From Candidatus Omnitrophota bacterium (lineage in GTDB: Bacteria > Omnitrophota > Omnitrophia > Omnitrophales > Aquincolibacteriaceae): 64,000 nucleotides of DNA. The notes below the pieces were generated by a model, which was not told the origin of the DNA, did not search any database, and saw only the letters and a program-made list of their open reading frames with translations. Position 1 is the stretch's first letter, and each line of letters starts with the position of its first letter. The DNA is taken from assembly GCA_903884815.1 (NCBI GenBank), contig CAISGE010000021.1:448-64447 (forward strand). Reading direction: 5' to 3'. Below, piece by piece: positions 1-8,386 of this stretch. The position numbers were made by a program, and so were the translations under genes.

Positions 1-67
1 TCCGGAAGAAACGCCCATCACTGTTCAGCAACTTTCTCCGGCCTCTCTTGTAAGGTATGCCGAATAT

Positions 68-3000
68 TTGGAAAAAGGTTTTCGGGGGATTTCGGGATCT
101 GCGACCACCGTCGACACGCTCATGGCGGGTGTTCAGACGTCCAGTGAGTCTGATGTGATCCGAGAAGCCGAAAGCGCGCAAGCGGACATTACCTTGGTTC
201 AGGTTCACGGATCTTATTCCGAGAAACCCGTTGCGGCAGGGAAATTTCCGGGAAAAGTGGTGGTGCTGATCCATCGGCCTGAAGAATTTCTGGACCGGAA
301 TAAAACAAAAGCGGAGAGGGACCAATTCTTGGCGGGCGCAGACGCCCTCGTATTGCTTGGGCCTGCTTCTCTTGAGACTTATCAACAGCTTTATCCTGAC
401 AAAGTAGTCACGACGATCCCTCACGGATTTTTTGAAATGGGGACGATCGATTACAGTCGTCTAGATCCAGGCTCAATCGCGACCGTGGGTTCCATTACGA
501 CCTGGGACATGAAAGACATGCGTCATATTCCAGACGCCCTGAAACTGATCGCGGAGGTCAAGGCCAAAGGAACCGGGCTGAATGTGTTGGGCTATCTCGG
601 TCATCCGGCCGGGTCTAAAGCGAAGGACAATTTAGAAGAGTACCGGGGCCGGGAAGACGTTTGGCTCCTGAGCAATGCGGAGTTGGAGCAACTGATCGAG
701 GACCACGATGTGAAGGATGCGGCAGGATTCCAGAGAATGATCTATGCGGAATCCATGAAGACTGGTAAGAGCCGGACGATTATCCGGACAGAATCCGCCT
801 CCAAGGGAAGTTCTCTCGCTGAGTGGGAAACGGGGCTGATCGATTTCAATCTTCAGCTTTACCGTGAAGTGACCAAGGGCGGTACCGCGAAGGTGGAATA
901 TTCCGGAACCCTCCATTTAATGGGCGTGCCGGCAATCTATGTGGTGCTGGATTCCCCGGCCATGAACGACGTCGCGACAAATGAAGGACTCGGGATCCTC
1001 CAAGTGCCGATCGATGGCACGGCCATCAACTATAGCGCCGGCGCTGAAAAGATCCTGTCGATGATCCGTGATCCGGCCGGAAGAAGGACGATGCTCGAAA
1101 AGAACCGGGATGTCGCCTCGAAACTCGGCATGGACACGATCGCCTTTGCCTATGACCGCCTTTTTAGGGAATTGTTGGCCGACCGCGCCGAGATGAGAAT
1201 TTTTAATCTCCCGTTCTTTAACCGTTGGCAAACAAAGGAAGATCAGTTGCGCCTTTTTGCAGCAAATGATCTCCGGAAGGTTTTTCAAATTGTAAAACAA
1301 GCTTACTCCGGCCTTCCAGACTCTTATGAAAAAGACAATCTGCACGTTGTCACCGTTGCCGATCACCTGGTTCAGCTTTTGCTTGTTTTAGAACTTCAAC
1401 AGTTATTTCCAGACGATTATTTTCTCGGAGAGGAAAAAATCGATCTTGATTATCTTCAAGATCAGTTTAGTGAATTAGCCAAGATCGACAGGCCCCAGCT
1501 TCAGAAGACTTTCGGTCAGGAACTGGTGCGATTCAAGCAACTGAAAGCAGATCACGAGAATCGGGCAACTCAAAAGAGCGTAGCGGCTCGGTGGTCCATT
1601 GAGGATGTCCTGGACGGTAAGAGTCATTTGAATCCCTTAAATTTTGTCATTAATGACCCGATGGATGGAACAAGCAATTTCAAGAAAGGCAGTTTGATGT
1701 ATGGTTTCTCGCTTGCGCGCACGACTTGGAACCCCGCGACAGATCTTCATGAACCCAGTTATAGTATTACTTATGCTCCGGAATACACCCTTACGCTTCG
1801 AGATGGACGGACGATCTACGGTCCGATGCTGGAATACAATCAGCGGGAGGACCGTGTCTCTCTCTACGGGACCCTTCCCAAAAGTGCGTTTATGCAGATC
1901 CTACACAAGCTCCTCTATGGGGTCCTTCCACACGGTACGTTTGGGCTGATCATACGCAACCTCAAGCTGACGCCTCCTCTATCGAGAAAAGAAAACATCG
2001 TTGTTCTCAGGGATTCCAAAAGCGAGGGGCCCAACCCGCACTTAGGGCCTTTACAAGCGGGTTTTCAGGATTACCAGACTTCGGATAAATGGGATTCCTC
2101 GGTTGTGGGGATTATGGAAACCATCCTTGGCAATTTGGCGGTGTACGGCGGCATCATGAAGCTTTGGGATCATGCCGGATCCCTGGGTTTGGTCCGCGCT
2201 ATGGGAGGTATCATTTTTAGAATCGATGAGCATGGTTATGGTAAGGAACTTTTAGGGTATACGGATGATGATATAAAGAGGGGGTACCAAGACGAGCTTT
2301 TTCCCGTGGTGGTAGTTTTTGGCGAAAGAAACATTCAAAATTTTCGTAAAGTCCTTGAGCAAGTACGCTTTTTTGCATATGCCGGCGGTACGGATCCCGA
2401 GACAAAGAAAACCAAGGATTCCAGTAACACCGTCATCGTGACAGTTCCCGATCCGAATGCAGGCCTTGCGAATAGGGCCACGGTTTGGGACGGCAAGACC
2501 AAGAAACCCGTCGCAAGAATTTCCTTCGAAGGTGTTTTTCCTTCTGCTGAGGAGGTAACAGGAATTCAGACGTCTCAAAATGGGCGATGGGTGTTTTTAA
2601 CGACACGAAATAGCGTGGCGACTTTCGATTTAAAAAAGATTGAGACTACCGAAGAATCAAAATTTGACTTGATCGCACCTGGCCACCAGGGCGATCCGCA
2701 GAGAGCCATTGACCAGTGGCTTGGCATGCAGAGCGATGGGGTCACCCATTCGGAAATGGCCCGATTTTTTATCGCTCTTCGGACCTCCGCCACCCGCACC
2801 GAGGCGAGGGCCACCTTGATAAAAGTGGCTTACGGGGCCGCGGTTCTTGCAAGCATTGTGGCGATAGTGTGGGCGTTGCCAATTCCCGCCATGCTGGCGG
2901 CTCGCGTTTATTATGGCAGTTCCGGCGTGTTTGCCGCATTACTCATTGCGCCGTTCATCGGAGCTTACTGGCAGATGAACCAACACACGGACGCGAAGGC

Positions 3001-6000
3001 CACCCTGATGAGAGTGGCTTACGGGGCCGCGATTGTTGCTAGCATTGCGGCGATAGTGTGGGCGTTGCCGCTTCCCGGGATGCTGCCGGCTCGCGTTTTT
3101 TATGGCGGTTTAGGCGTGATTGTCGCATTACTCATTGCGCCGTTCATCAGAGCTCACCGGAAGATGAACCAAAAAAGTCGGTCTCATGAATCTCTTCCTG
3201 CCGCGCCTCGGGGCTCAGGGCCCATCATACTCCATGGAGAGACCCATGGAGCAACGCTCAAACTCGGTAGCAAGAAACCCTCTCTCTTTCTTCAAAATAG
3301 CCTTGGGATCAGGGTGACAGATCAGGGTGAAACCTACGGCTACGACATTCTTGGGAATCACGCACTACTCGGCAAAGTTCGCGCTGAGGGGTCCGTTAAT
3401 AAGACTTTCCTTAAAACAGAATTTTGGAACGTTGCACGAGGAAAAAGCGGAGAAATGCTACAGATAAAATTGCTGCCGGCTTCCACCGGCAAAGTTGACT
3501 TTGTTTACAGGGTCATCGCACGGGCGGACGATCAGTCTGGGGTTCTTCCGGACGTTGACAGACCTTGGTTTAATCCGAAGAATGTGTCGACCACTCTCGG
3601 TGGCCTGGAAGCAGCACAAAACAGGGCCTATGTCACCGGATTAGGGATTCTGAGTTTAATTGCCGGGTTTAAATCACACCCAAATGATTTGATTTTTTTC
3701 AAGGAATGGGTATCGCCACTCGTTTCAAATTGGGCTCAAGTGAGGGAACTGTTTCAGCCTGGACTGACACTTGCAAATATCGATGTGTTGCTCACGCCGC
3801 CTGAGGAAAAGACGCCCTCAGAGTTTGATCTTACCCAAGCTCACCGAAGCTTGGTTGATCAGATCGGTCAATTACAGCTCCGCGCTGAGACGCGGTTGGC
3901 TTCTGCGATGGGATTCATCAGGAGTGCGGGATCCGGCGTTCTGGTTCTTGCCGCTGTTTTGATCACGTCTGCATGCAAAAAAGGTACGCCGAATACGCCT
4001 GCCGAAAAATCCGAGATCCTGCAAACCGCTGCCCCGGCTCAAAATCCGCCGCAATCCGGATTCCGCCCGATAGCGGAGGATCCAGGCGTCTTGTTGACAA
4101 CACCCGCCGGAGTCGTGCTCACTTTCCACAAACTGAAACCGGCCTATGACGAGGCTGTTGCAAACGGCGATCTTCAAAAAATAAAAGAGCTCGGAATCAG
4201 TGCTCTTGGAACCGTAGTCTCAATAGACAAACTAACACCGAAATCCGGGGTCGCGGCAGAGATTGCTGACGGCGTTGCGTTACGGATGCTCAGCACAAAA
4301 AAGGGCGGTAAGGCGACTGCGGACCAGCCGTTCGCGGGATTTCTGCGGTTGCTTCAAGAAAGACTTCCCGAGCTCACCAATGAGGACTCCGGTGTTTTGT
4401 TGAAGTTACCCAACGGGGTCGTACTCACTTTCCGCGATCTGATGCAGGCCTATGACGAAGCTGTCAAGAAATCCGATCTTTCCAAAATAGAAGCGATCGC
4501 GACCGAAATTCTGGCGACAGCGGCGCAAATCGGACAGTTCAAACCGAAACCCAGGCTCGCGAATGCGGTGGCAAAGGGCGCAGCTCAATGGATGCTCGGC
4601 AAAGAAAATGGTGGTATGGCGCCGGCTAACCAGCCGTTCGCGAAACTCCTGTTGGCGATTGAAGACAAACTTCCCGAACTTGCCAGCGAGAACTCCGTTG
4701 TTTCGTTGAAGACACCCAAAGGAGACGTGCTCGATTTTAGCAATTTAAAACCGGCCTATGACGAGGCTGTCAAGAAAACCGATCTTCCAAAAATAGAAGC
4801 AATCGCGGCCGAAATTCTGCAGACGGCGGCGAATAAAGACCGTCTCCCCACGAAACCCAAGGACGTAGAAGCGAAGGCAAAGGGCGTTGCTAAATGGATG
4901 CTCGACAAGAAAAGGGGAGGTATGGCGCCGGATGACCAGCCGATCGAGGAACTCGTGCGGTCGATCGAAGAAATACTTCACGAACTCGCCCGCTCCGAGA
5001 CGAGGACAAAGCGACGTGATTTTCTAAAGGCAGCAACTTCGGCTCTTGCGTTCAATTTGGGTACAGGATTAGGTCTGAATGCTGCAGAGCCGGACACGAA
5101 ATCGCCGGTAGACGATGAGCAAGCGCGCGCAAATCTGTTGAAGGGGGTCCGCGCCGAGCTCGAGCGGATGATGAAGGAGAAGAGTTTTAAGGGCAACGAT
5201 ATTACCTATTCGACGTACTGGGTGCGCAATATGAACCGGACAATCCTGGGACATCATTGGACGGAGATCCTGGAGCCCATGATTCAATATGCCATGGTCC
5301 CACTTAAGGTAGAAAAAATCATTTCCCCAGAGGATTTTGCGGGCCGAGCCGGAAAATTCCTGTCATTACTCGAAAAACACAAGAATGCTTTTTCCGCGGG
5401 AGTTCTGGCCGAACTCGATCGAATGGAGAACGAAAAAACATTCCGCGGTAACGATTTTCTGACTGATGGTTATTGGTCTCGGAATACTGGGCGAGAAATC
5501 AGTGATGCGGATTGGAAGAGGGCTCTGGAGCCGATGCTCCGCGACACAATGAAACAATTGAAAGGCAAACAAGTCATAGAGCCCGCTGAATTTGCGAAGA
5601 AGGCAAAAGAGTATGTGAAGCAAAATCCCGGTATTTTGAATCCCCCTCGCTCCGAGACGAGGTTGCGGATCTCTCCCGAGATGATTCAAAAAGGGCGTGA
5701 AGCGATGAGCTTAACCTTGCAGAGCGTAGGTTACGCTATGCTTGTTGCGTCTGTTCTTGTCTTTGGGTTATCGGCGCTCTATATACGCTTTTCGATCCTG
5801 GGGGACCCCAGGGCGCTCCCGATCCTCGCTGCTTCTTTCATAACGTTTCTATTTCTTTTCTTCTTTCTTGAAAACTTTCCTGAACGGGCGACAACACCCT
5901 CGACCCGGATGAAGTGGCTCGTTGCGGGAGCGACGGCTTTGATCTTAAGCTTGGGAGCGTGGGGTGTTTACGAGGCGAGAGATTTTATAATGCAGCAGTT

Positions 6001-8077
6001 GCCAGCGATCCAAAACGTTCCGGAGAGCAATAGTTTAGAGGATTTGCCATTCATCCAACCACCACGCTCCGAGAAGAGGACGAACAGTTTGACTAGGCAC
6101 GAATCCTCCGACCCATCAAGAAGAAGTGAAATCAAGGGATGGATAGTGCTCTTGTCTTTCGGGCTAACTGTCCTCGGGCCTTTGGTTTTGTGGATCTATT
6201 CAATGTATGCAGAGGATCAGCGGGAGATTGCACGCGTTGAACAAGTTGTTGGGCATCCATGGAATGGCTGGAAAACTCACGGCGGGGGTGCTCTTTACGC
6301 CATTGAGGCAGTCGATGACAGCTTGGGTGTGGAAGGACGGCCGGATTGGCTTTTGATATTTGAGGGCAACCAGATCTACAGATTGCCGGTCCCCAAGACT
6401 CTTAATCCCGCTTTCGGTCGTTCGCGGAGTGATTTTCCTACTCGCGATCGCGGTCTGCTTCTTACTCTTGCCGGGAATTTTTTGCTATCTGAATTAAAAT
6501 CCGAATCACAGCCGGTGACCCCCGACATGATGAAGCCAATGCCGTATAATAGCGTTACTCGTTTTAGAATTGGCAATCCGGAAGACGACATCCGCGCGTT
6601 TCATGCCCGTTATGATTCGGCGTCTGCAGTGACCGTTAATGGCCGGACGGTTCTGAGAATTGGGAATCGCTCGGAGAGCGTCAATATCGCCCCGCAGTCT
6701 GCGCTTGGTCTTTTGGGCGCCATTCAAAAGCTGCAACTTCAAGGTAATTTGCCTTGGGACCTTAGGGTCGAGTTCCTTGGCATGGATAGTGTCTATTTTT
6801 CCATCCACGATCAATCCTCTAATGATACCGAAGCCTCATTCGAGCCACGATCCCTCTTTCCGAAACACTCCGGCGGTGTTCAGGTGACAGATTACGCGAG
6901 ACTGGCTCAGGCGTTGACCGCAAGTCTGCAGGAAAGCCCGGAGGGTCAAGCGGCCTTGAAAGCGCAGGCCAGCAAGCTGCAAGCTCAGAGGAAAGCCCAT
7001 ATCCTTTCGCTCAAAAAAGGCGTGCAGGGAGACGCTATAGAACAGGTGGGGTTAAAGCCGGGCGATCATGTTTACGGCTACTTTCCAGAGGAACTATCGC
7101 CGGACGGGAGTTCGATTATTCCAGAGGGGTATCACCACTTAGTGATAAGTTTTATTTCGGAGATCTCCCAAGGCCTAACCTGGACACATGTACCAAGTGC
7201 TTATGATCCCATCCGGGATAGCCAAACCAAACCAGACCCTGACCACCCGAAACGTATTATTGCAACTGTCCACTTTGTGGATGCTGATGGTAGAGAATTG
7301 CAAAGTTCAGATGTGTCTATCGATGAAATGAAGAAACAAAATGTCATAGTGGTCCGCTCCGAGAAGAGGGCGGATTTTGCACCGGAAGCGTGGATAGCGC
7401 CGAAGGCATTGTCTCTGACAGAGACCATGGAGCGTGAAGGAACCTCACTTCCCGGGATCGCCACAACGGTGAGGGAAGTGACAAAAGGGCTTTATGCGAC
7501 CTGGGTCATCGCCAAGGCGAAAGCTGTGGCGAAACTTCTTTCGCTTGCTATGCCGGAGCGCGCGGGAATAATCTCAGAAGATCTTGAGAAGAAGCTCACG
7601 AACATCGCCCAAGGGGCTCTCGGGTTAGTGGGAAAACAAGCGCCTACCGCTTCAGACGTTCTGGTGCTAACCCGCGATTTGTGGCGGAAGGATCCGGACC
7701 TTAAAGTGCCGGCGGGCATGCGTCGAGCCTATCCAGGGCAAATGATCCTTTTGATCTGCAGAAATGACGGGGATTTGGCACAGGTTGCGGAGCTTAATCT
7801 CCGTCTTGAGAAAGCAGGTATTCGACAGCCGGTGAATGCTGTGTTGGAGAATGACCACGCTGAATTCGTGAGGCTTGTTGGCAAGCAGTCGTCGATTAAG
7901 GCGCTGTTCTATGGCGACGGGAATGCAAAGGTTCCCGCGGTTCTGTTGCTTGAAAAATACGAACAGGTGAACGTATTGCCGGGAATGCTCAAGAGGTTCC
8001 TGGCGGCCATGAGCGAGCTTGTGAGCTACATTACGAATGGCCTTGCGGCGTCTTTCGCGACCGCTCACAGCGCGTAA
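68..8077 (+). CDS. Giant multi-domain protein of unknown function (>=2,669 aa; probably 5'-partial, frame open back to nt 2). Contains predicted TM helices, internal tandem repeats and an internal twin-arginine (Tat)-like signal motif.
   Basis: Uninterrupted ORF of 8,010 nt. The track start at 68 is a TTG, but the same frame has no stop from nt 2, so the N-terminus may be outside the window. The translation shows strongly hydrophobic 20-24-aa segments (e.g. AAVLASIVAIVWALPIPAMLAA, SVGYAMLVASVLVFGLSALYI, IVLLSFGLTVLGPLVLWIY). An RSETR/SATRTE motif recurs before the hydrophobic segments. TKRRDFLKAATSALAFNLG (nt ~5018-5100) matches the S/T-R-R-x-F-L-K Tat consensus. No confident homology to a named family. 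A weak GT-B glycosyltransferase-like pattern sits at the N-terminal ~350 aa (VVVLIHRPEEF..ADALVLLG..VVTTIPHGF), low confidence. Confidence 0.75.
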   Translation: MEKGFRGISGSATTVDTLMAGVQTSSESDVIREAESAQADITLVQVHGSYSEKPVAAGKFPGKVVVLIHRPEEFLDRNKTKAERDQFLAGADALVLLGPASLETYQQLYPDKVVTTIPHGFFEMGTIDYSRLDPGSIATVGSITTWDMKDMRHIPDALKLIAEVKAKGTGLNVLGYLGHPAGSKAKDNLEEYRGREDVWLLSNAELEQLIEDHDVKDAAGFQRMIYAESMKTGKSRTIIRTESASKGSSLAEWETGLIDFNLQLYREVTKGGTAKVEYSGTLHLMGVPAIYVVLDSPAMNDVATNEGLGILQVPIDGTAINYSAGAEKILSMIRDPAGRRTMLEKNRDVASKLGMDTIAFAYDRLFRELLADRAEMRIFNLPFFNRWQTKEDQLRLFAANDLRKVFQIVKQAYSGLPDSYEKDNLHVVTVADHLVQLLLVLELQQLFPDDYFLGEEKIDLDYLQDQFSELAKIDRPQLQKTFGQELVRFKQLKADHENRATQKSVAARWSIEDVLDGKSHLNPLNFVINDPMDGTSNFKKGSLMYGFSLARTTWNPATDLHEPSYSITYAPEYTLTLRDGRTIYGPMLEYNQREDRVSLYGTLPKSAFMQILHKLLYGVLPHGTFGLIIRNLKLTPPLSRKENIVVLRDSKSEGPNPHLGPLQAGFQDYQTSDKWDSSVVGIMETILGNLAVYGGIMKLWDHAGSLGLVRAMGGIIFRIDEHGYGKELLGYTDDDIKRGYQDELFPVVVVFGERNIQNFRKVLEQVRFFAYAGGTDPETKKTKDSSNTVIVTVPDPNAGLANRATVWDGKTKKPVARISFEGVFPSAEEVTGIQTSQNGRWVFLTTRNSVATFDLKKIETTEESKFDLIAPGHQGDPQRAIDQWLGMQSDGVTHSEMARFFIALRTSATRTEARATLIKVAYGAAVLASIVAIVWALPIPAMLAARVYYGSSGVFAALLIAPFIGAYWQMNQHTDAKATLMRVAYGAAIVASIAAIVWALPLPGMLPARVFYGGLGVIVALLIAPFIRAHRKMNQKSRSHESLPAAPRGSGPIILHGETHGATLKLGSKKPSLFLQNSLGIRVTDQGETYGYDILGNHALLGKVRAEGSVNKTFLKTEFWNVARGKSGEMLQIKLLPASTGKVDFVYRVIARADDQSGVLPDVDRPWFNPKNVSTTLGGLEAAQNRAYVTGLGILSLIAGFKSHPNDLIFFKEWVSPLVSNWAQVRELFQPGLTLANIDVLLTPPEEKTPSEFDLTQAHRSLVDQIGQLQLRAETRLASAMGFIRSAGSGVLVLAAVLITSACKKGTPNTPAEKSEILQTAAPAQNPPQSGFRPIAEDPGVLLTTPAGVVLTFHKLKPAYDEAVANGDLQKIKELGISALGTVVSIDKLTPKSGVAAEIADGVALRMLSTKKGGKATADQPFAGFLRLLQERLPELTNEDSGVLLKLPNGVVLTFRDLMQAYDEAVKKSDLSKIEAIATEILATAAQIGQFKPKPRLANAVAKGAAQWMLGKENGGMAPANQPFAKLLLAIEDKLPELASENSVVSLKTPKGDVLDFSNLKPAYDEAVKKTDLPKIEAIAAEILQTAANKDRLPTKPKDVEAKAKGVAKWMLDKKRGGMAPDDQPIEELVRSIEEILHELARSETRTKRRDFLKAATSALAFNLGTGLGLNAAEPDTKSPVDDEQARANLLKGVRAELERMMKEKSFKGNDITYSTYWVRNMNRTILGHHWTEILEPMIQYAMVPLKVEKIISPEDFAGRAGKFLSLLEKHKNAFSAGVLAELDRMENEKTFRGNDFLTDGYWSRNTGREISDADWKRALEPMLRDTMKQLKGKQVIEPAEFAKKAKEYVKQNPGILNPPRSETRLRISPEMIQKGREAMSLTLQSVGYAMLVASVLVFGLSALYIRFSILGDPRALPILAASFITFLFLFFFLENFPERATTPSTRMKWLVAGATALILSLGAWGVYEARDFIMQQLPAIQNVPESNSLEDLPFIQPPRSEKRTNSLTRHESSDPSRRSEIKGWIVLLSFGLTVLGPLVLWIYSMYAEDQREIARVEQVVGHPWNGWKTHGGGALYAIEAVDDSLGVEGRPDWLLIFEGNQIYRLPVPKTLNPAFGRSRSDFPTRDRGLLLTLAGNFLLSELKSESQPVTPDMMKPMPYNSVTRFRIGNPEDDIRAFHARYDSASAVTVNGRTVLRIGNRSESVNIAPQSALGLLGAIQKLQLQGNLPWDLRVEFLGMDSVYFSIHDQSSNDTEASFEPRSLFPKHSGGVQVTDYARLAQALTASLQESPEGQAALKAQASKLQAQRKAHILSLKKGVQGDAIEQVGLKPGDHVYGYFPEELSPDGSSIIPEGYHHLVISFISEISQGLTWTHVPSAYDPIRDSQTKPDPDHPKRIIATVHFVDADGRELQSSDVSIDEMKKQNVIVVRSEKRADFAPEAWIAPKALSLTETMEREGTSLPGIATTVREVTKGLYATWVIAKAKAVAKLLSLAMPERAGIISEDLEKKLTNIAQGALGLVGKQAPTASDVLVLTRDLWRKDPDLKVPAGMRRAYPGQMILLICRNDGDLAQVAELNLRLEKAGIRQPVNAVLENDHAEFVRLVGKQSSIKALFYGDGNAKVPAVLLLEKYEQVNVLPGMLKRFLAAMSELVSYITNGLAASFATAHSA
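2812..3175 (+). repeat. Direct tandem duplication (~180 bp x2, ~85-90% identity) inside the first giant ORF, encoding a duplicated two-helix hydrophobic (TM hairpin) unit
   Basis: nt 2812-2990 versus 2992-3170 align nearly base for base (..gtggcttacggggccgcg..attactcattgcgccgttcatc..agatgaaccaa). The protein units are ATLIKVAYGAAVLASIVAIVWALPIPAMLAARVYYGSSGVFAALLIAPFIGAYWQMNQ and ATLMRVAYGAAIVASIAAIVWALPLPGMLPARVFYGGLGVIVALLIAPFIRAHRKMNQ. Confidence 0.85.
4040..5000 (+). repeat. In-frame tandem repeat array, period ~300 bp (~100 aa), about 3.3 copies, inside the first giant ORF
   Basis: nt 4331-4530 and 4631-4830 are clearly alignable (ccgttcgcg..cttcccga..gcctatgacga(a/g)gctgtcaagaaa..gatctt..aaaatagaagc(g/a)atcgcg..gaaattctg..acggcggcg). 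The protein units share QPFA(G/K)(F/L)L..L(P)EL..(D/N)S(G/V)V.LK.P.G.VL.F..L..AYDEAVKK.DL.KIEAIA.EIL.TAA. The first copy is more divergent and the fourth is partial. A second pair of ~85-aa repeats follows at ~5150-5640 (ELERMMKEKSFKGNDITYSTYW.. / ELDRMENEKTFRGNDFLTDGYW..). Confidence 0.8.
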
Positions 8078-8092
8078 TAACTATTTTAAAAT

Positions 8093-8140
8093 TGAACGGG
8101 GATGGCCCCTTTTTCGGGCTTTTCCCGTTCTTTTTTTCTG
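8093..8140 (+). terminator. Candidate rho-independent terminator downstream of the first giant ORF
   Basis: gaacggggatggcccctttttcgggcttttcccgttcttttttt: a GGGG/CCCC stem with loop ATGG followed by a T-run; the outer gaacggg/cccgttc is also an inverted repeat. It lies 16 nt after the TAA stop at 8075-8077. Confidence 0.45.
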
Positions 8141-8195
8141 CACAAGGTTTCAGGTCATAAGAACATCTTCTTGTTTGACGATTAGGCACAAAGCG

Positions 8196-8214
8196 CTGCG
8201 CCATTATGGCGCAG
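8196..8214. promoter_or_regulatory. Perfect 9-1-9 palindrome (ctgcgccat t atggcgcag) in the dnaK upstream region; candidate operator
   Basis: Read directly from the sequence, ~170 bp upstream of the dnaK ATG. A TTGACG hexamer lies at 8175-8180 just upstream. No canonical CIRCE (TTAGCACTC-N9-GAGTGCTAA) was found in 8078-8386. A second small hairpin (cctgcc-caa-ggcagg, 8357-8371) sits immediately before the RBS. Confidence 0.3.
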
Positions 8215-8386
8215 ACAAGCACTTCAATTCTCATATCAGAAACTTGATCAATGCAACCCATTTCTATTAAACGAGTTATAATTTTTTATTTTTTGGAATA
8301 ATGGCACGGTAATTGAGCTATGATGGACGTCACTCGTATTATCAACAAAACTCAAAGACCTGCCCAAGGCAGGCAAGGAGAATAAA

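Noticed and set aside
68-1100. Glycosyltransferase (GT-B) assignment for the N-terminal region of the first giant ORF
   Set aside because: Only a loose pattern match (VVVLIHRPEEF, ADALVLLG, VVTTIPHGF); no clear E-x7-E or nucleotide-sugar-binding motif. It is mentioned in the feature evidence but not called.
8078-8386. CIRCE/HrcA operator upstream of dnaK
   Set aside because: Searched for TTAGCACTC-N9-GAGTGCTAA by eye in the whole intergenic region and did not find it.
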